NCBI GenBank assembly: GCA_965202985.1
Contig: CBDBCF010000002.1
Coordinates: forward strand, 64,001-128,000
Direction: 5' to 3'
Source of the DNA: Longimicrobiales bacterium
GTDB taxonomy: Bacteria > Gemmatimonadota > Gemmatimonadetes > Longimicrobiales > Gaopeijiaceae
Length of the DNA stretch: 64,000 nucleotides
This document shows, piece after piece, positions 20,166-34,176 of the stretch (positions are counted from its first letter, which is position 1; every line of letters begins with the position of its first letter). A model generated the notes under the pieces. The model had not been told where the DNA came from, did no database searches, and saw only the letters and a list, made by a program, of their open reading frames with translations. Made by a program: the position numbers and the translations under genes.

Positions 20166-21104
20166 ATGGCCACCACGAACGGGGCCGCCGTCCCCCGCCA
20201 CTTCCTGGACCTGGCCGACTACGACGCCGACGAACTCCGAGCCCTGCTGGACCACGCGGCCCGCCTGAAGTCGAACACCGCGCAGCCTGGGCGCCCGCTG
20301 GAAGGCCGGACGCTGGCCATGATCTTCCGCAAGAGCTCGACCCGCACGCGCGTCAGCGCCGAGGCGGCGATGACCCAGCTGGGCGGGCACGCCGTCATGA
20401 TCTCGGACCGCGAGTCCCAGTTGGGCCGGGGCGAGAGCGTGGCGGACACCGCCCGCGTCCTGAGCTGCTATGCGGACGCCCTTCTGGTGCGCACCTTCGC
20501 CCATCAGGAGCTGCTCGAGTTCGCCCGTCACGCTTCGGTGCCGGTGGTGAACGGCCTCACCGACCTGCTCCACCCCTGCCAAGTGCTGGCCGACTTGGCC
20601 ACCGCCGCGGAAGAGTTCGGCCCCGACTGGGATGCGCTACGCGTGGCGTGGATCGGAGACGGCAACAACGTGGCCAACTCGTGGCTCAACGCCGCCGACC
20701 GCCTGGGCTTCTCCCTTCGCTTGGCGTGTCCCGAAGGCTACGGCCCCGACCCGGCCGTCCTGGCACGAGCCCAGCGCACGGCGGACGCCAAGGTGGTTCG
20801 CGACCCGGACGAAGCCGTCGAGGGCGCATGCGTGGTGACCACCGACGTTTGGGCCTCCATGGGACAAGAGGACGAGCGCGCGGCTCGGGAGGCCGCATTC
20901 GCGGCGTACCAGGTCGACGAGGCGCTCATGGACAGGGCCGCACCGAACGCCATCTTTCTTCACTGTCTGCCGGCCCATCGCGACGAAGAGGTGTCGGCGG
21001 CCGTCCTGGACGGTCCCCGGTCTCGCGTACTGGTTGAAGCCGAGTACCGGCTGCACGTCGCAAAGGCCCTTCTCCTGCACCTGATCCCCCGGACCCGGCC
21101 CTGA
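20166..21104 (+). CDS. argF: Ornithine carbamoyltransferase
   Basis: SSTRT carbamoyl-phosphate motif, HPCQ, GDGNNV, WASMG, HCLP. Confidence 0.9.
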   Translation: MATTNGAAVPRHFLDLADYDADELRALLDHAARLKSNTAQPGRPLEGRTLAMIFRKSSTRTRVSAEAAMTQLGGHAVMISDRESQLGRGESVADTARVLSCYADALLVRTFAHQELLEFARHASVPVVNGLTDLLHPCQVLADLATAAEEFGPDWDALRVAWIGDGNNVANSWLNAADRLGFSLRLACPEGYGPDPAVLARAQRTADAKVVRDPDEAVEGACVVTTDVWASMGQEDERAAREAAFAAYQVDEALMDRAAPNAIFLHCLPAHRDEEVSAAVLDGPRSRVLVEAEYRLHVAKALLLHLIPRTRP

Positions 21105-21108
21105 CTCG

Positions 21109-22233
21109 ATGGACCCGACCTCTCCCCGATCCGCCCCGACTCGAACGTCGCTTCACGCCGTCCACCTGTCCCTGGGCGCCAAGATGGTCCCGTTCGCGGG
21201 CTTCGAAATGCCGATCCAATACCCGGGCGGCATCCGAGCCGAGCACGCCGCGGTGCGCACCGCCGCGGGCCTCTTCGACGTGTCCCACATGGGCGAGTTC
21301 ACCGTGCGCGGCCCCCAGGCCGAGGCGTTCGTCCAGCACCTGACCGTGAACGACGTCTCCCGCGTCGCGCCGGGCCAGGCCCAGTACTCGGCCCTGTGCA
21401 ACGAGACTGGACACGTCTTGGACGACCTGCTGGTCTATCGCTTCCGGGACCGCTTCGTTCTCGTGGTCAACGCCGGGAACCGGACCAAGGACTGGGAGTG
21501 GGCGCAGGAGCACGCCGCCGCCTTCGACGTCGAGCTGTCCGACGACTCGGACCGGATCGCCCTACTGGCCCTCCAGGGACCGGTCGCCAGCCGCATCCTG
21601 GTGCCTCTGACCGCCGCCGACTTGGACGCCATCGGATACTACCGCTTCGCGGAAGCGACGGTGGCGGGCGTGGACGCGGTGGTAAGCCGCACCGGCTACA
21701 CGGGCGAAGACGGCTTCGAGCTCTACGTGCCCGCGGACGGGGCGGCCGAACTGTGGCGGGCGCTGTCGGAGGCCGGCGCCGACCGAGGCTTGACGCCGGC
21801 AGGGTTGGGCGCGCGGGATTCGTTGCGGCTGGAGATGGGCTACGCCCTCTACGGCAACGACCTGAGCGAATCGTACACGGCGATCGAATCGGGCCTGGGC
21901 TGGATCGTCAAGCTGGACGCCGGCGACTTCGTGGGCCGGGAGGCCCTGGCCGCGGAGAAGGCGGAAGGACCGGCGCGCCGCTTGGTGGGCGTCCGTCTGC
22001 TGGAGCGCGGCTTTCCGCGCCCCGGCTACGCCCTGGTTCACGAAGGCCGAAACGCGGGCGTGGTCACGTCCGGCGTGGCCAGCCCCAGCCTGGGAATCGG
22101 CGTTGCCCTGGGATACCTGCCGACGCGCGTCGCCCGTCCCGGCGCCGAGGTCGGCGTTCGCATCCGCGACCGCGTAGTCCGCGGAGTCGCCCAGCGACCG
22201 CCCTTCTACACCGAGGGCTCCATCCGAAGATAG
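21109..22233 (+). CDS. gcvT: Glycine cleavage system aminomethyltransferase T
   Basis: GLFDVSHMG, SRTGYTGEDGFE, GLGARDSLRLEMG. Confidence 0.93.
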   Translation: MDPTSPRSAPTRTSLHAVHLSLGAKMVPFAGFEMPIQYPGGIRAEHAAVRTAAGLFDVSHMGEFTVRGPQAEAFVQHLTVNDVSRVAPGQAQYSALCNETGHVLDDLLVYRFRDRFVLVVNAGNRTKDWEWAQEHAAAFDVELSDDSDRIALLALQGPVASRILVPLTAADLDAIGYYRFAEATVAGVDAVVSRTGYTGEDGFELYVPADGAAELWRALSEAGADRGLTPAGLGARDSLRLEMGYALYGNDLSESYTAIESGLGWIVKLDAGDFVGREALAAEKAEGPARRLVGVRLLERGFPRPGYALVHEGRNAGVVTSGVASPSLGIGVALGYLPTRVARPGAEVGVRIRDRVVRGVAQRPPFYTEGSIRR

Positions 22234-22242
22234 GAGTTCGGC

Positions 22243-24009
<1,767 letters not shown>

Positions 24010-24078
24010 CGCGCGCCTCGTCCCGGTTGGGGCTTGGCGCTGCTGCCCGCCATGTTCGCCTGTCGGAAACGCCGCTCG

Positions 24079-24912
24079 TCAGAACCGGAACACCACCAGC
24101 GCTTGCGGGATGACCTCGTTGATGCCGTCGGCTCCGAACTTGTTGATCCACGCATGGAACTCGGTGCCGACGAAGACGCGATCGGCGTTGCCGGACAGCG
24201 ACTTTCCCAAGTCCCAGCGGAGCTGCGGCTGAAGCAGGATCCAGTACGGCGCCTTGGCCCACCCTCCGTCGCCGTCCTCCACCTCCCGCGAACTCTGCCA
24301 TTCGCCGTGGCCCTCCAGCGAGAACGAGCCGGCGCCGATGGCGAAGGGGAGAGCCCAGTTGAAGTCGACGATGTGGCTGTTCCGTTCGTCGGGGGCTCCG
24401 CCGTTCGCCAATCCGGCGTTGCGACTCACCACGTAGGTGTAGTCCAGGTTGGCGAACGCAAAGCCGGGCAGGTCGAGGGCCAGTCGCACGCCCGGGGTCA
24501 GCTTGACCACCTTGGCCTGCGCGCCCCAGTTGATCCCCCCGATCAAGGCCAAGCCACGAACGGGACCCGCCGAGACCTGGGCCACGTTGATCGACGAGTA
24601 CCATTCGCCGTAGACCTCGCGGTCGGCGCCGCCCGCCCCCGAGCAGCAGCTCATGTCGACGAAGAAGAAGTTCTCGCCGCGGCTCCATCCGCTGGCGTGC
24701 TGGAGCGTCAGGATGTGCTGCGTTCCGGGAGCGACGGCCCAGTGGTCGCGGTTGCTCAGGGCGCGGCCCGCCTGGTATTGGGCCTCGGTCGTGCTCCACT
24801 GGGCGCCGGCGGAGGCGGGACCAGCCCCCAACGCAAGCGCGGAGACGAGCACCGCCGCGGCGGGGAAGGGCCGAAGGGCTGCGAAGGCCAACCTTCCGTC
24901 GCACAAGGTCAT
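24079..24912 (-). CDS. Outer-membrane channel, Tsx-like nucleoside-specific channel family
   Basis: Signal peptide ending AGA-Q; WSTTEAQY, TLQHASGW...NFFFVD, QPQLRWDLG, NKFG; C-terminal F. Confidence 0.65.
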   Translation of the reverse strand: MTLCDGRLAFAALRPFPAAAVLVSALALGAGPASAGAQWSTTEAQYQAGRALSNRDHWAVAPGTQHILTLQHASGWSRGENFFFVDMSCCSGAGGADREVYGEWYSSINVAQVSAGPVRGLALIGGINWGAQAKVVKLTPGVRLALDLPGFAFANLDYTYVVSRNAGLANGGAPDERNSHIVDFNWALPFAIGAGSFSLEGHGEWQSSREVEDGDGGWAKAPYWILLQPQLRWDLGKSLSGNADRVFVGTEFHAWINKFGADGINEVIPQALVVFRF

Positions 24913-25017
24913 TCGACGCCTCCGTTCGAAAAGGGAATACGGTGCCGCCTCTCAAGGTAGACTGCCGGCCGACCCCGTCGCAAAGGCCGTGGTTGCGGTC
25001 GGCCCAGTCGCGGACGC

Positions 25018-25731
25018 CTATCTGGGCGGAACCTTGGCGCGCTCGGCTTCCACGGCGGCCAGGATCCGTGTCCAGGACGAATCCTCGGCGCCCCGGTAGA
25101 CCACGGTGAGCCCGCGGGACAGGTCCAGGGAACCGCTGTAGGCGTAGACGGCCGTGGCCGTGGAACGCTGCTCCAAGCGGCGGCTTCCCCATCCGGGCGA
25201 CACCGGTTCGACCGCACGGGGGCGCTCCCGCAGCCCCCGAGACACCATGTGCAGGTCGAAGGGCTCGAACTCCGCCGCAGGCCGGTCGCTGGAGAACGAC
25301 ACCAGGAACAGCGCTTGGCCGTCGTTCCCGGTTCGCCGTGCGAGGGCCGACCCGTAGGTCTCCGCCACGCGAGCAAGACGCCGCCTGGCGTCCGGCGCCG
25401 CGGCCTCGAGCACCCAGTCCGCCAGGGGAGTGACCTCGATCCGCAGGTCGCTCGCTTCGATACGGATCGATATCTGGTCCTGCCGAAGCGCTCCGGTCCA
25501 CTCCGAATCCGCTGATGTCCTCGATGCCGGCGGCTTGCCCGCCTCCGAAGCAACGCCGGCGACGGACGCGTTCCCACCGACGGCGGTCGGCCGCTGCCCC
25601 GGTGGCGGCGCGGGCGCGCACCCTCCCAGGAACGCGGCGGCGCACGCCGTCGCGGCCGCGAGCCGCCTTCCGACTGCAAGCCGCACGCCGACCACAAGTC
25701 GAGCGTTGGGCGCGCCCCGCGCCTCGGTCAC
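25018..25731 (-). CDS. Hypothetical lipoprotein
   Basis: GTG start overlaps the engB stop; lipobox-like FLGG-C followed by a globular region. Confidence 0.55.
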   Translation of the reverse strand: MTEARGAPNARLVVGVRLAVGRRLAAATACAAAFLGGCAPAPPPGQRPTAVGGNASVAGVASEAGKPPASRTSADSEWTGALRQDQISIRIEASDLRIEVTPLADWVLEAAAPDARRRLARVAETYGSALARRTGNDGQALFLVSFSSDRPAAEFEPFDLHMVSRGLRERPRAVEPVSPGWGSRRLEQRSTATAVYAYSGSLDLSRGLTVVYRGAEDSSWTRILAAVEAERAKVPPR

Positions 25732-26330
25732 GATTCCGCGTCCAGCAAGAGCGCCTCCATGGCGTCCAGCAGCTCCTCCGTTCCCTCGCCGGTCCGGGCC
25801 GATCCGGCCACCACTTGGTCGGGGAGCACGCCCAGCTGCCGAGCCGCCGGTTCGACGACCCCCGCTTCCCGGACGCGGGCCTTGAGCTTGTCCACCTTGG
25901 TCAAGGCGACCAGCACCGGGACACCGGTCCCGGCTAGGTAGTCCACGAACTCCTGGTCGGCGGAGGTGGGCGGACGACGCGAGTCCACGAGGTAGACCAC
26001 GCCCTTGAGAGCCTCGCTGCCCGCCAAGTAGCTCCGGACCAAGCGGCGCCAAGACTCTCGAACGGCTCGCGGCGCCTTGGCGTATCCCGATCCCGGCAGG
26101 TCCACCAGGAAGAAGTCGCCGTTCACCCGATAGAAGTTGAGCGCCTGCGTCTTGCCCGGCGACGCCGAAACGCGGGCGATCTTCCGCCGCGTGCGGCCCA
26201 GAAGCCGGTTCACCAGCGACGACTTGCCCACGTTGGAGCGCCCCGCGAAGGCGATCTGCGGCAGGTCTCCCGGCAGCGCCTGGCCCGGCGAAGCCACGGA
26301 ACCGGCGAACTCCACGCTCCGAACGATCAC
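25728..26330 (-). CDS. engB: Ribosome biogenesis GTPase EngB (YihA/YsxC)
   Basis: AFAGRSNVGKSS (G1), PGKT (G2), DLPG (G3), TKVDK (G4). GTG start overlaps the lon stop. Confidence 0.92.
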   Translation of the reverse strand: MIVRSVEFAGSVASPGQALPGDLPQIAFAGRSNVGKSSLVNRLLGRTRRKIARVSASPGKTQALNFYRVNGDFFLVDLPGSGYAKAPRAVRESWRRLVRSYLAGSEALKGVVYLVDSRRPPTSADQEFVDYLAGTGVPVLVALTKVDKLKARVREAGVVEPAARQLGVLPDQVVAGSARTGEGTEELLDAMEALLLDAES

Positions 26331-28885
26331 GCAGACCTCCCGGCGCTCGTCCGCTCGGCCACGGCGGATGCCCCCGGCCTGTTGGACGGCCCCGCCGCAA
26401 CACGCGCGCCCGCGCCCGCCGCCGCCTTCCCCGCGGGCGCCCTCCCGCCGGCGCGGCCCGAACCCCCGAACTGCCCCGGCGCCAGCGCCTCCCGCAACAC
26501 CTCGTCCATCGTCTCCAGGGGCACCATCTCGACGCCCGCCAGCACCTCTTCCGGTAGCTGCTCGACATCCAGGGCATTCCTGGCGGGCAGGATGACCCGC
26601 TTGATGCCCCCCCGCAACGCCGCGACCGCCTTTTCCTTGATGCCGCCCACGACCAGCACCCGGCCCCGCAGCGTGATCTCGCCGGTCATGGCCACCGCCG
26701 CGCGGGTCGGCCGGTCCGTCAACGCCGAGATCAGCGCCGTGGCGATGGTGATCCCCGCGGAAGGGCCGTCCTTGGGCGTGGCGCCCTCCGGGATGTGGAT
26801 GTGGATGTCCACGTCCTTGTGAAACTGCTCCGGCAAGCCCATCCGCCGCGCCCTGGAACGGGCGTAGGTGAGCGCCGCGAACGCCGACTCCTTCATCACG
26901 TCGCCCAACGTGCCCGTGAGCTGCACCTTGCCCGACCCGGGCACCACCGCCACCTCCACGTCCAGGACCTCGCCCCCGGCGGCGGTCCACGCCAGTCCGC
27001 AGGCGATGCCGTAGCGGTCGGTTCCGTCCTCGCGCCGGGAGGGCAGGTGCGCCGGCGGCCCCAGCAGCTCCCGAAGGTCGGCCGCTTCCACCCGCCGCAA
27101 CCGCCTGGGGCCGCCGCCCGCACCCACGTCGCCGCCCGAACCTATTTCGCCCCTCGCGCCCCCCTCGCCGCCCGCCGTAACCGACCGCGCCAGCTTGCGC
27201 GCCACCCTGGACAGCCGCCGCTCCAGCTCCCGCACGCCGGCCTCCCGCGTGTACTCGGCGATCACCCTCTGGACGGCCTCGCCCGAGATCCCCGGCGACC
27301 ACGGCTCGATCCCGTGCCGCCGCACCTGCTTGGGCCACAGGAACCTGCGCGCGATCACCCGCTTCTCGGTGTCCAGATAGCCTGGCAGGCGGATCACCTC
27401 CATCCGGTCGCGCAGCGGAGCGGGAACGCCTCCCAACGTGTTGGCCGTGGCGATGAACAGCACGTGGGACAGGTCGAACTCCAGCTCCAGGTAGTGGTCC
27501 GCGAACGAACGGTTCTGCTCCGGGTCCAGCACCTCCAGGAGCGCCGCTCCCGGATCGCCGTGAAAGTCGCGGGCCAGCTTGTCCAGCTCGTCCAACAGGA
27601 AGACGGGGTTGCGCGATTCGCCCTTGCGCATCCCCTGCAACACGCGCCCGGGCAGCGCCCCCACGTATGTCCGACGGTGGCCCCGGATCTCGGCTTCGTC
27701 CCGGACGCCGCCCAGGCTGACCCGCACGAACTTGCGGTCCAGGCACCGGGCGATGCTCCGGCCCAGCGACGTTTTGCCGACGCCCGGCGGCCCCACGAGG
27801 CACAGGATCGGCCCCTGCAGCTTGCCCACCAGCGACAGGACGGCGATGTGGTCCAGGATTCGCTCCTTGACTTCCGCCAGGCCGTGATGCTCCGCCTCCA
27901 AGACGGCCGCCGCGTGCCCCACGTCCAGGTTGTCCGCCGTCTCCCGCTCCCAGGGCAGCCCCAGGATCCAGTCCAGGTACGTCCGGATCACCGAAGCCTC
28001 CGGCGTGACGGACCCCAGCTTCTGCAACCGGTCGAACTCCCGGTCCACGCGGTCCCTGGCGTGGGCGGGCAGGGGGGTGGCGGCGATCACGCGCTCCATC
28101 TCCGCCCACTCGGGGTCGTCGCCCGCCGCGGCCCCGGCGCCGAGGGCGTCCAGCTGCTCTTCCAAGGTCGCCGGCCTTCCCTTCCGCCCCCCGCCCAGGC
28201 GGATCTCCTCGTCGATCTTGGCCTGGATGCGCAGGATTTCGTTCTCCCGCACCAGGATCTCGCGGAGGACCGCAAAGCGCGTCGGCGAATCGTCCGCTTC
28301 GAGCAGCTCCTGCTTCTCGCCAGTCCCCACCAGCAAGTGGCCCGCGATCAAGTGGGCCAGCCGCACTCGGTCGCCGATCTCCGCCAGCTTGCCGGCGACC
28401 TGCCCGGGCACATGCTCCGACAGGCGCACGTACTCGCGGAACAGCTCCGACACCTCCGCCACCCGCTCGTCCAGCTCCGCGTCCGGGCCGGGTTCCGGTT
28501 CGTACTCCCAGCGCGACAACAGGCGCACGCGCGCACGAAAGCCGCCCGCCTCCGCCTTGAATCCGTCGGCCCGGGCGCGCCCCAGCCCCTCCATGACCAC
28601 CCGCGCCGTGCCGTCGGCCAGGTGCGACACCTGCATCACGCGGATCACCGCGCCGGTCCGGTGCAGCCCGCTCTCGTCGGGGTCGTCCGCCGCCGGGTCC
28701 CGCTGGGCCAGAAGCAGCACCAGCCCGTCGCCCGCTTTCGCTTCCTCGAGCGCCGCCAGCGACTTGGGCCGACCCACCAGCAGCGGCAACACCATGTACG
28801 GAAAGAACACCAAGTCCCGCAGGGCGATCACCGGCAGCACGGCAGGCACTTCGAACGAGCCGTCCACCCGGTGCAGGGTCGCCAT
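26327..28885 (-). CDS. lon: Lon protease (endopeptidase La)
   Basis: LPVIALRDLVFFP N-domain, GPPGVGKTS, RGHRRTYVGA, PKDGPSAG (catalytic Ser), GGIKEK (catalytic Lys). Confidence 0.95.
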   Translation of the reverse strand: MATLHRVDGSFEVPAVLPVIALRDLVFFPYMVLPLLVGRPKSLAALEEAKAGDGLVLLLAQRDPAADDPDESGLHRTGAVIRVMQVSHLADGTARVVMEGLGRARADGFKAEAGGFRARVRLLSRWEYEPEPGPDAELDERVAEVSELFREYVRLSEHVPGQVAGKLAEIGDRVRLAHLIAGHLLVGTGEKQELLEADDSPTRFAVLREILVRENEILRIQAKIDEEIRLGGGRKGRPATLEEQLDALGAGAAAGDDPEWAEMERVIAATPLPAHARDRVDREFDRLQKLGSVTPEASVIRTYLDWILGLPWERETADNLDVGHAAAVLEAEHHGLAEVKERILDHIAVLSLVGKLQGPILCLVGPPGVGKTSLGRSIARCLDRKFVRVSLGGVRDEAEIRGHRRTYVGALPGRVLQGMRKGESRNPVFLLDELDKLARDFHGDPGAALLEVLDPEQNRSFADHYLELEFDLSHVLFIATANTLGGVPAPLRDRMEVIRLPGYLDTEKRVIARRFLWPKQVRRHGIEPWSPGISGEAVQRVIAEYTREAGVRELERRLSRVARKLARSVTAGGEGGARGEIGSGGDVGAGGGPRRLRRVEAADLRELLGPPAHLPSRREDGTDRYGIACGLAWTAAGGEVLDVEVAVVPGSGKVQLTGTLGDVMKESAFAALTYARSRARRMGLPEQFHKDVDIHIHIPEGATPKDGPSAGITIATALISALTDRPTRAAVAMTGEITLRGRVLVVGGIKEKAVAALRGGIKRVILPARNALDVEQLPEEVLAGVEMVPLETMDEVLREALAPGQFGGSGRAGGRAPAGKAAAGAGARVAAGPSNRPGASAVAERTSAGRSA

Positions 28886-28900
28886 GACCGGTGGCGCCGT

Positions 28901-30277
<1,377 letters not shown>

Positions 30278-30287
30278 TCAGGCGCTC

Positions 30288-30893
30288 CTATTTCGAATCC
30301 GAGTTGTCGTGTTCCTTGGCCAAGACTTGGTCCACCAAGCCGTACTCGACCGCTTCTTCCGCGCTCATCCACCGGTCCCGGTCCACGTCCGCAGCGATCT
30401 TGTCCAGCTCTTGCCCCGTGGTCCGGGCAAGGATGCGGTTCAGGCGCTCCCGGGTCCCCAGCACTTCCTTGGCGGCGATCTCGATGTCCGCGGCCGTGCC
30501 CCGGTACCCTGACGACGGCTGATGCAGCATGATGCGCGAGTTGGGCAGCGCACTCCGCTTGCCCTTCTCGCCCGCCGAAAGCAGCACCGCCCCCATCGAC
30601 GCCGCCATGCCCACGCAATAAGTGGAGACGGGCGCGCGCAGGTGGTTGATCGTGTCGTAGATCGCCAAGCCCGCATAGACGGTGCCGCCCGGCGAGTTGA
30701 TGTACAAGTAGACGTCCCGGTTCGGGTCGTCGGCGTCCAAGAACAGCAGCTGCGCGATCACCACGTTGGCGACCTGGTCGTCGATGGGGCTTCCCAAGAA
30801 CACGATGCGGTCCATGAGCAGCCGGCTGAAGATGTCGTAGCTGCGTTCGCCGCGGCTCGTTCGTTCGATCACGTAAGGCGGGAACATGGCCAT
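30288..30893 (-). CDS. clpP: ATP-dependent Clp protease proteolytic subunit ClpP
   Basis: [25 protein letters not shown]. Confidence 0.96.
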   Translation of the reverse strand: MAMFPPYVIERTSRGERSYDIFSRLLMDRIVFLGSPIDDQVANVVIAQLLFLDADDPNRDVYLYINSPGGTVYAGLAIYDTINHLRAPVSTYCVGMAASMGAVLLSAGEKGKRSALPNSRIMLHQPSSGYRGTAADIEIAAKEVLGTRERLNRILARTTGQELDKIAADVDRDRWMSAEEAVEYGLVDQVLAKEHDNSDSK

Positions 30894-30906
30894 CGTCCGG
30901 CGACTC

Positions 30907-32298
30907 CTATTCTTCGGAAAGCGAAGATTCTTCGGAAAGCGGAGATCGGCTCCGAAGGAACTCGATCACCTTGCGTTCTTCGAGGGTGCTTGCAAGCTCG
31001 CGGATCTCGCCCGACTTCTGCAGGGCGGCGTAGACCCGAGAGGGCGTGTCGTCCATGCGCTTCGCCAGCTCCTCGATCTCTTGGTCCAGCTCTTCTTCCG
31101 TCGGGGCCAGTCCGAACTGCTCCACGATCGCCTTGCGGACCAGGAAGTGCTTGGATGCCGCCTCCGCGTCGTCCCAGAGTTCGGCTCGAAGCTGGGCGGC
31201 GTGCTCTTCGCCCGCCGGCTCCAGATCGGCGATCCTGCCGTCCAACACCTCTTCGACCATCGATCGGGGAACCTGCACGTCGTTGGCCTCGACCACTTGG
31301 CGCACCAAGTCCGCATCCTCCTGCCGCCTGCGGGCGACTTGGTACACCTGCGCCAATCGATTCCGCATATCGTCGCGCAACGCTTGCACGCTGTCGAAGT
31401 CGCCCAACGACGCGGCGAAGTCGTCGTCCAGCTCGGGCAACTCCGGCACGTGCCGCTCCATCAGCCGGATGCGCATGGCGCGGATCTCGCCCGGTTCGGA
31501 CTCCGAGCTTCCGGGGAACGCCACGTCGAAGACGCCCTCGTCGCCGGGCTCCATCGACGCCACGGCCTTCTCGATGTCGGGCAGCGCCTCGGCCCGTCCC
31601 AGCACGAAACGGTACTCCCGCATCCCGTCGCCCGGGTTCGAGCCGTCGCCCGGGTTGAAGCCGTCGCCCGGCTCGCCGTCGTCGTCCTCCGGCCTGCCGA
31701 GGACGCCCGACCCTCCGCCTGCGTCCGCGCCCTCGTCGCCGTCCGCGCCCTCGTCGCCGACCCGAGATATCACGATCGTCGCCGCATTCCCCGCCTTGGG
31801 GCTGCCGTTGTCCACCGGTCGCCAGCTCGCCTGGGCCCGACGCAGCTCCTCCATCTGGAGGTCGACTTCTTCTTCGTCCGGCTCGCGCCCTGGCAACGAT
31901 TCCCGGCGAAAGCCGCCCACCCGCTTCACCACGACCTCCGGCCTCACGTCGAACGCCGCTCGAAAGGAAAGGGGCTCGCCGGGCCGAAACCTGACGTTCT
32001 CCACCGCGACCTTGGAGTACGGTTGCAGCCCGTTCTCCTTCAACGCGGCCTCCACCGACTCCCGCACCAGCCTCTGGAGCGCTCGCTCCTCCAGGTCCGC
32101 GCCGTACTCCGCCATGACGTGCGGCGGCACTCGGCCCTTGCGGAAGCCCTTGACCCGGACGCCCGAAGCGAACTTCCGCCGCGCGGCCTTGCGCTCCGCC
32201 TCCACGATGTCCGGCGGAATCACCATGTCGAGCAAGCGCCGACAGTGGGGCCGCTCGGTCACGTTCACGTCGAGCCTGGAGACGTCCACGGGCGTCAA
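30907..32298 (-). CDS. tig: Trigger factor
   Basis: Ribosome-binding motif [12 protein letters not shown]-like region, PELDDDFA; located between tRNA-Leu and clpP. Start estimated at TTG 32298. Confidence 0.88.
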   Translation of the reverse strand: MTPVDVSRLDVNVTERPHCRRLLDMVIPPDIVEAERKAARRKFASGVRVKGFRKGRVPPHVMAEYGADLEERALQRLVRESVEAALKENGLQPYSKVAVENVRFRPGEPLSFRAAFDVRPEVVVKRVGGFRRESLPGREPDEEEVDLQMEELRRAQASWRPVDNGSPKAGNAATIVISRVGDEGADGDEGADAGGGSGVLGRPEDDDGEPGDGFNPGDGSNPGDGMREYRFVLGRAEALPDIEKAVASMEPGDEGVFDVAFPGSSESEPGEIRAMRIRLMERHVPELPELDDDFAASLGDFDSVQALRDDMRNRLAQVYQVARRRQEDADLVRQVVEANDVQVPRSMVEEVLDGRIADLEPAGEEHAAQLRAELWDDAEAASKHFLVRKAIVEQFGLAPTEEELDQEIEELAKRMDDTPSRVYAALQKSGEIRELASTLEERKVIEFLRSRSPLSEESSLSEE

Positions 32299-32367
32299 GA
32301 GCCGCGCCCCGCTCCCGGTCCGTCCGGCGCCGCTTCCGGTCGTTCGGTCGCGACCAAGGGCGCCAAG

Positions 32368-32450
32368 TGCGAAAGGGGGGACTCGAACCCCCACGGCCAG
32401 CGGCCACAAGATCCTAAATCTTGCGCGTCTACCAGTTCCGCCACTTTCGC
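32368..32450 (-). tRNA. tRNA-Leu (anticodon TAG), CCA not encoded
   Basis: GCGAAAG acceptor stem pairs with CTTTCGC-A; D arm GCGGAACTGGTAGACGC; anticodon arm CAAGA-TTTAGGA-TCTTG; long variable arm; GGGGG-TTCGAGT-CCCCC T arm. Confidence 0.95.
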
Positions 32451-32622
32451 TTCCTGTTCGCGTTCGGCGGACCGCCGCCCCCGGGCGGCCCTTGGTTCGG
32501 CAGGTCCATTCGAGGCACTAGAAAGCTAATGCCCCTTGGCCCGCCACCAAGCACCAAGGCCGCCGGGCCGCCGAAAGGCGGTCGGGGCGCCCGCGCTCTC
32601 CCGCGCCGGGCGCCCCTGCGTC

Positions 32623-34176
32623 CTACCGGGGGACGCGGATGTTGTAGACGCTTGCGTCGGCCTGCTGGCATTGGGCCACCAGCGAGACCACGTCGCCCGC
32701 CTCCACGTCCCGAAGCAGGCGCTCCACGTCGTCGGCGTCGTCCACGGACTCCCGATTGATCTCGTGGATCACGCAACCGCGGCGGATGCCCCTGCGGAAC
32801 GCGGGACCGTACTCCTGCACGCGCTCCACCACGGCGCCCCCCGTGGACTCCAACTGCAGGGCTTCGGCCGTCGCAGGCGTGATGTCCGTCACCTGGATCC
32901 CCAGCTTGCCGGCGGCGCGCGCGGGAGCCGCGGCCACCTCCGCGGGCTCTTCCAGCAGCGGAGCCTCGCCCAAGCGCACCACCACCTCCCGAGGGCTGCC
33001 GTCCCGGTAGACGGTCAGGCGCACCCGGTCGCCCGGCGCCAGAAGCGCGATCTTGTGCTGAAGGTCGTTGGACGTGCGCACGAGCTCGCCGTCCACCGCG
33101 GTGATCACGTCCCTCATGCGGAGCCCCGCCTCTTCGGCCGGCGTGTCCCGAACCACCTGCTGGACGTGGGCGCCCGCCACCTCGGGCAGCCCGTAGAACT
33201 CCGCGTCCTCCGGCGTCACCGGCTGCATGCTGATCCCCAGGTACGCCCGGCGCACCCGCCCGTAGGCCACCAGGTCCTCCATGATCCGGTGGGCCAAGTC
33301 GATGGGGATGGCGAAGCCGTAGCCCTGGTAGTAGCCCGTGTGGCTCGCGATGGCGGCGTTCATCCCGATGACCTGCCCGCGAAGGTTCACCATCGGTCCG
33401 CCCGAGTTGCCGGGGTTGATCACGGCGTCGGTCTGAATGAAGTCCTCGATCGCGAAGCCGGCCCGCTCCTGGCTGTACTCGTCGTCGGTCTGCAGATCGC
33501 GGCGGATCAGGTTCAGGTTGCGGCCCCTGGCCGACACGATGCCGGCGGTGACGCTGTAGTCCAGCGAACTGCCGCCCCCCCCGCCCGCTCCGAATCCCGG
33601 GTTGCCGATCGCCAGCACCCACTCGCCGACCCGCACCTCGGCCGCCGACCCCAACGTCGCCGGCGCCAGGTCGTCGGCGTCGATCTTGATCACGGCCACG
33701 TCGGTGGTGGGGTCGGTCCCGACCACCTCGGCCGGGAATGCGCGCCCGTCCTGGAGGTACACCGTGATCTCCTGCGCGTCCTCCACGACGTGATTGTTGG
33801 TCATGACGTAGCCGTCCTCGGAGACCACGAAGCCGCTCCCGCCGGTTCTGACGGTCTGTTCGTCCTGCTGGGGCCTGGACCGGAACCGGAAGAGGTCCTC
33901 CATCGTCAGCCGCTGCCGGGCCTGTCGCCGCAACGTCTCGATCCGCACGACCGAGGGCGTCACGGCGCCGGCGATCGCCACGAAGGCGTCGCTCAGTTCC
34001 ATGGCCGGCCGCACCGCCGCCGCGGGCAGCTGGGCCTGCGTCTCCACGAACGGTGTCGACGGAGGGGCCGCCTCGGTGAACCCGAACTGGGACGCCAGCC
34101 CCAGCCCGCACAGAAACGCCACCGCCACCGACAGCGCCACCTTGGTCTTGGCCACCAGCGGGTCGTAGCTCCTCAT
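32623..34176 (-). CDS. HtrA/DegP-family periplasmic serine protease with two PDZ domains
   Basis: GSGFVV, TNNHVV (His), DVAVIK (Asp), [19 protein letters not shown] (Ser). ATG overlaps the dnaK stop. Confidence 0.92.
   Translation of the reverse strand: MRSYDPLVAKTKVALSVAVAFLCGLGLASQFGFTEAAPPSTPFVETQAQLPAAAVRPAMELSDAFVAIAGAVTPSVVRIETLRRQARQRLTMEDLFRFRSRPQQDEQTVRTGGSGFVVSEDGYVMTNNHVVEDAQEITVYLQDGRAFPAEVVGTDPTTDVAVIKIDADDLAPATLGSAAEVRVGEWVLAIGNPGFGAGGGGGSSLDYSVTAGIVSARGRNLNLIRRDLQTDDEYSQERAGFAIEDFIQTDAVINPGNSGGPMVNLRGQVIGMNAAIASHTGYYQGYGFAIPIDLAHRIMEDLVAYGRVRRAYLGISMQPVTPEDAEFYGLPEVAGAHVQQVVRDTPAEEAGLRMRDVITAVDGELVRTSNDLQHKIALLAPGDRVRLTVYRDGSPREVVVRLGEAPLLEEPAEVAAAPARAAGKLGIQVTDITPATAEALQLESTGGAVVERVQEYGPAFRRGIRRGCVIHEINRESVDDADDVERLLRDVEAGDVVSLVAQCQQADASVYNIRVPR

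Noticed and set aside
24913..25017. Purine riboswitch upstream of the Tsx-like gene (GTCTACC...CCGTA on the minus strand)
   Set aside because: P2/loop consensus and P3 geometry do not fit. The segment reads equally well as a TTGCGA-18-TACCTT promoter. An Rfam RF00167 scan would settle it.
32368..32450. tRNA-Leu as an island integration site
   Set aside because: It sits in the normal tRNA-Leu-tig-clpP context, and I saw no duplicated 3' end elsewhere in the window.
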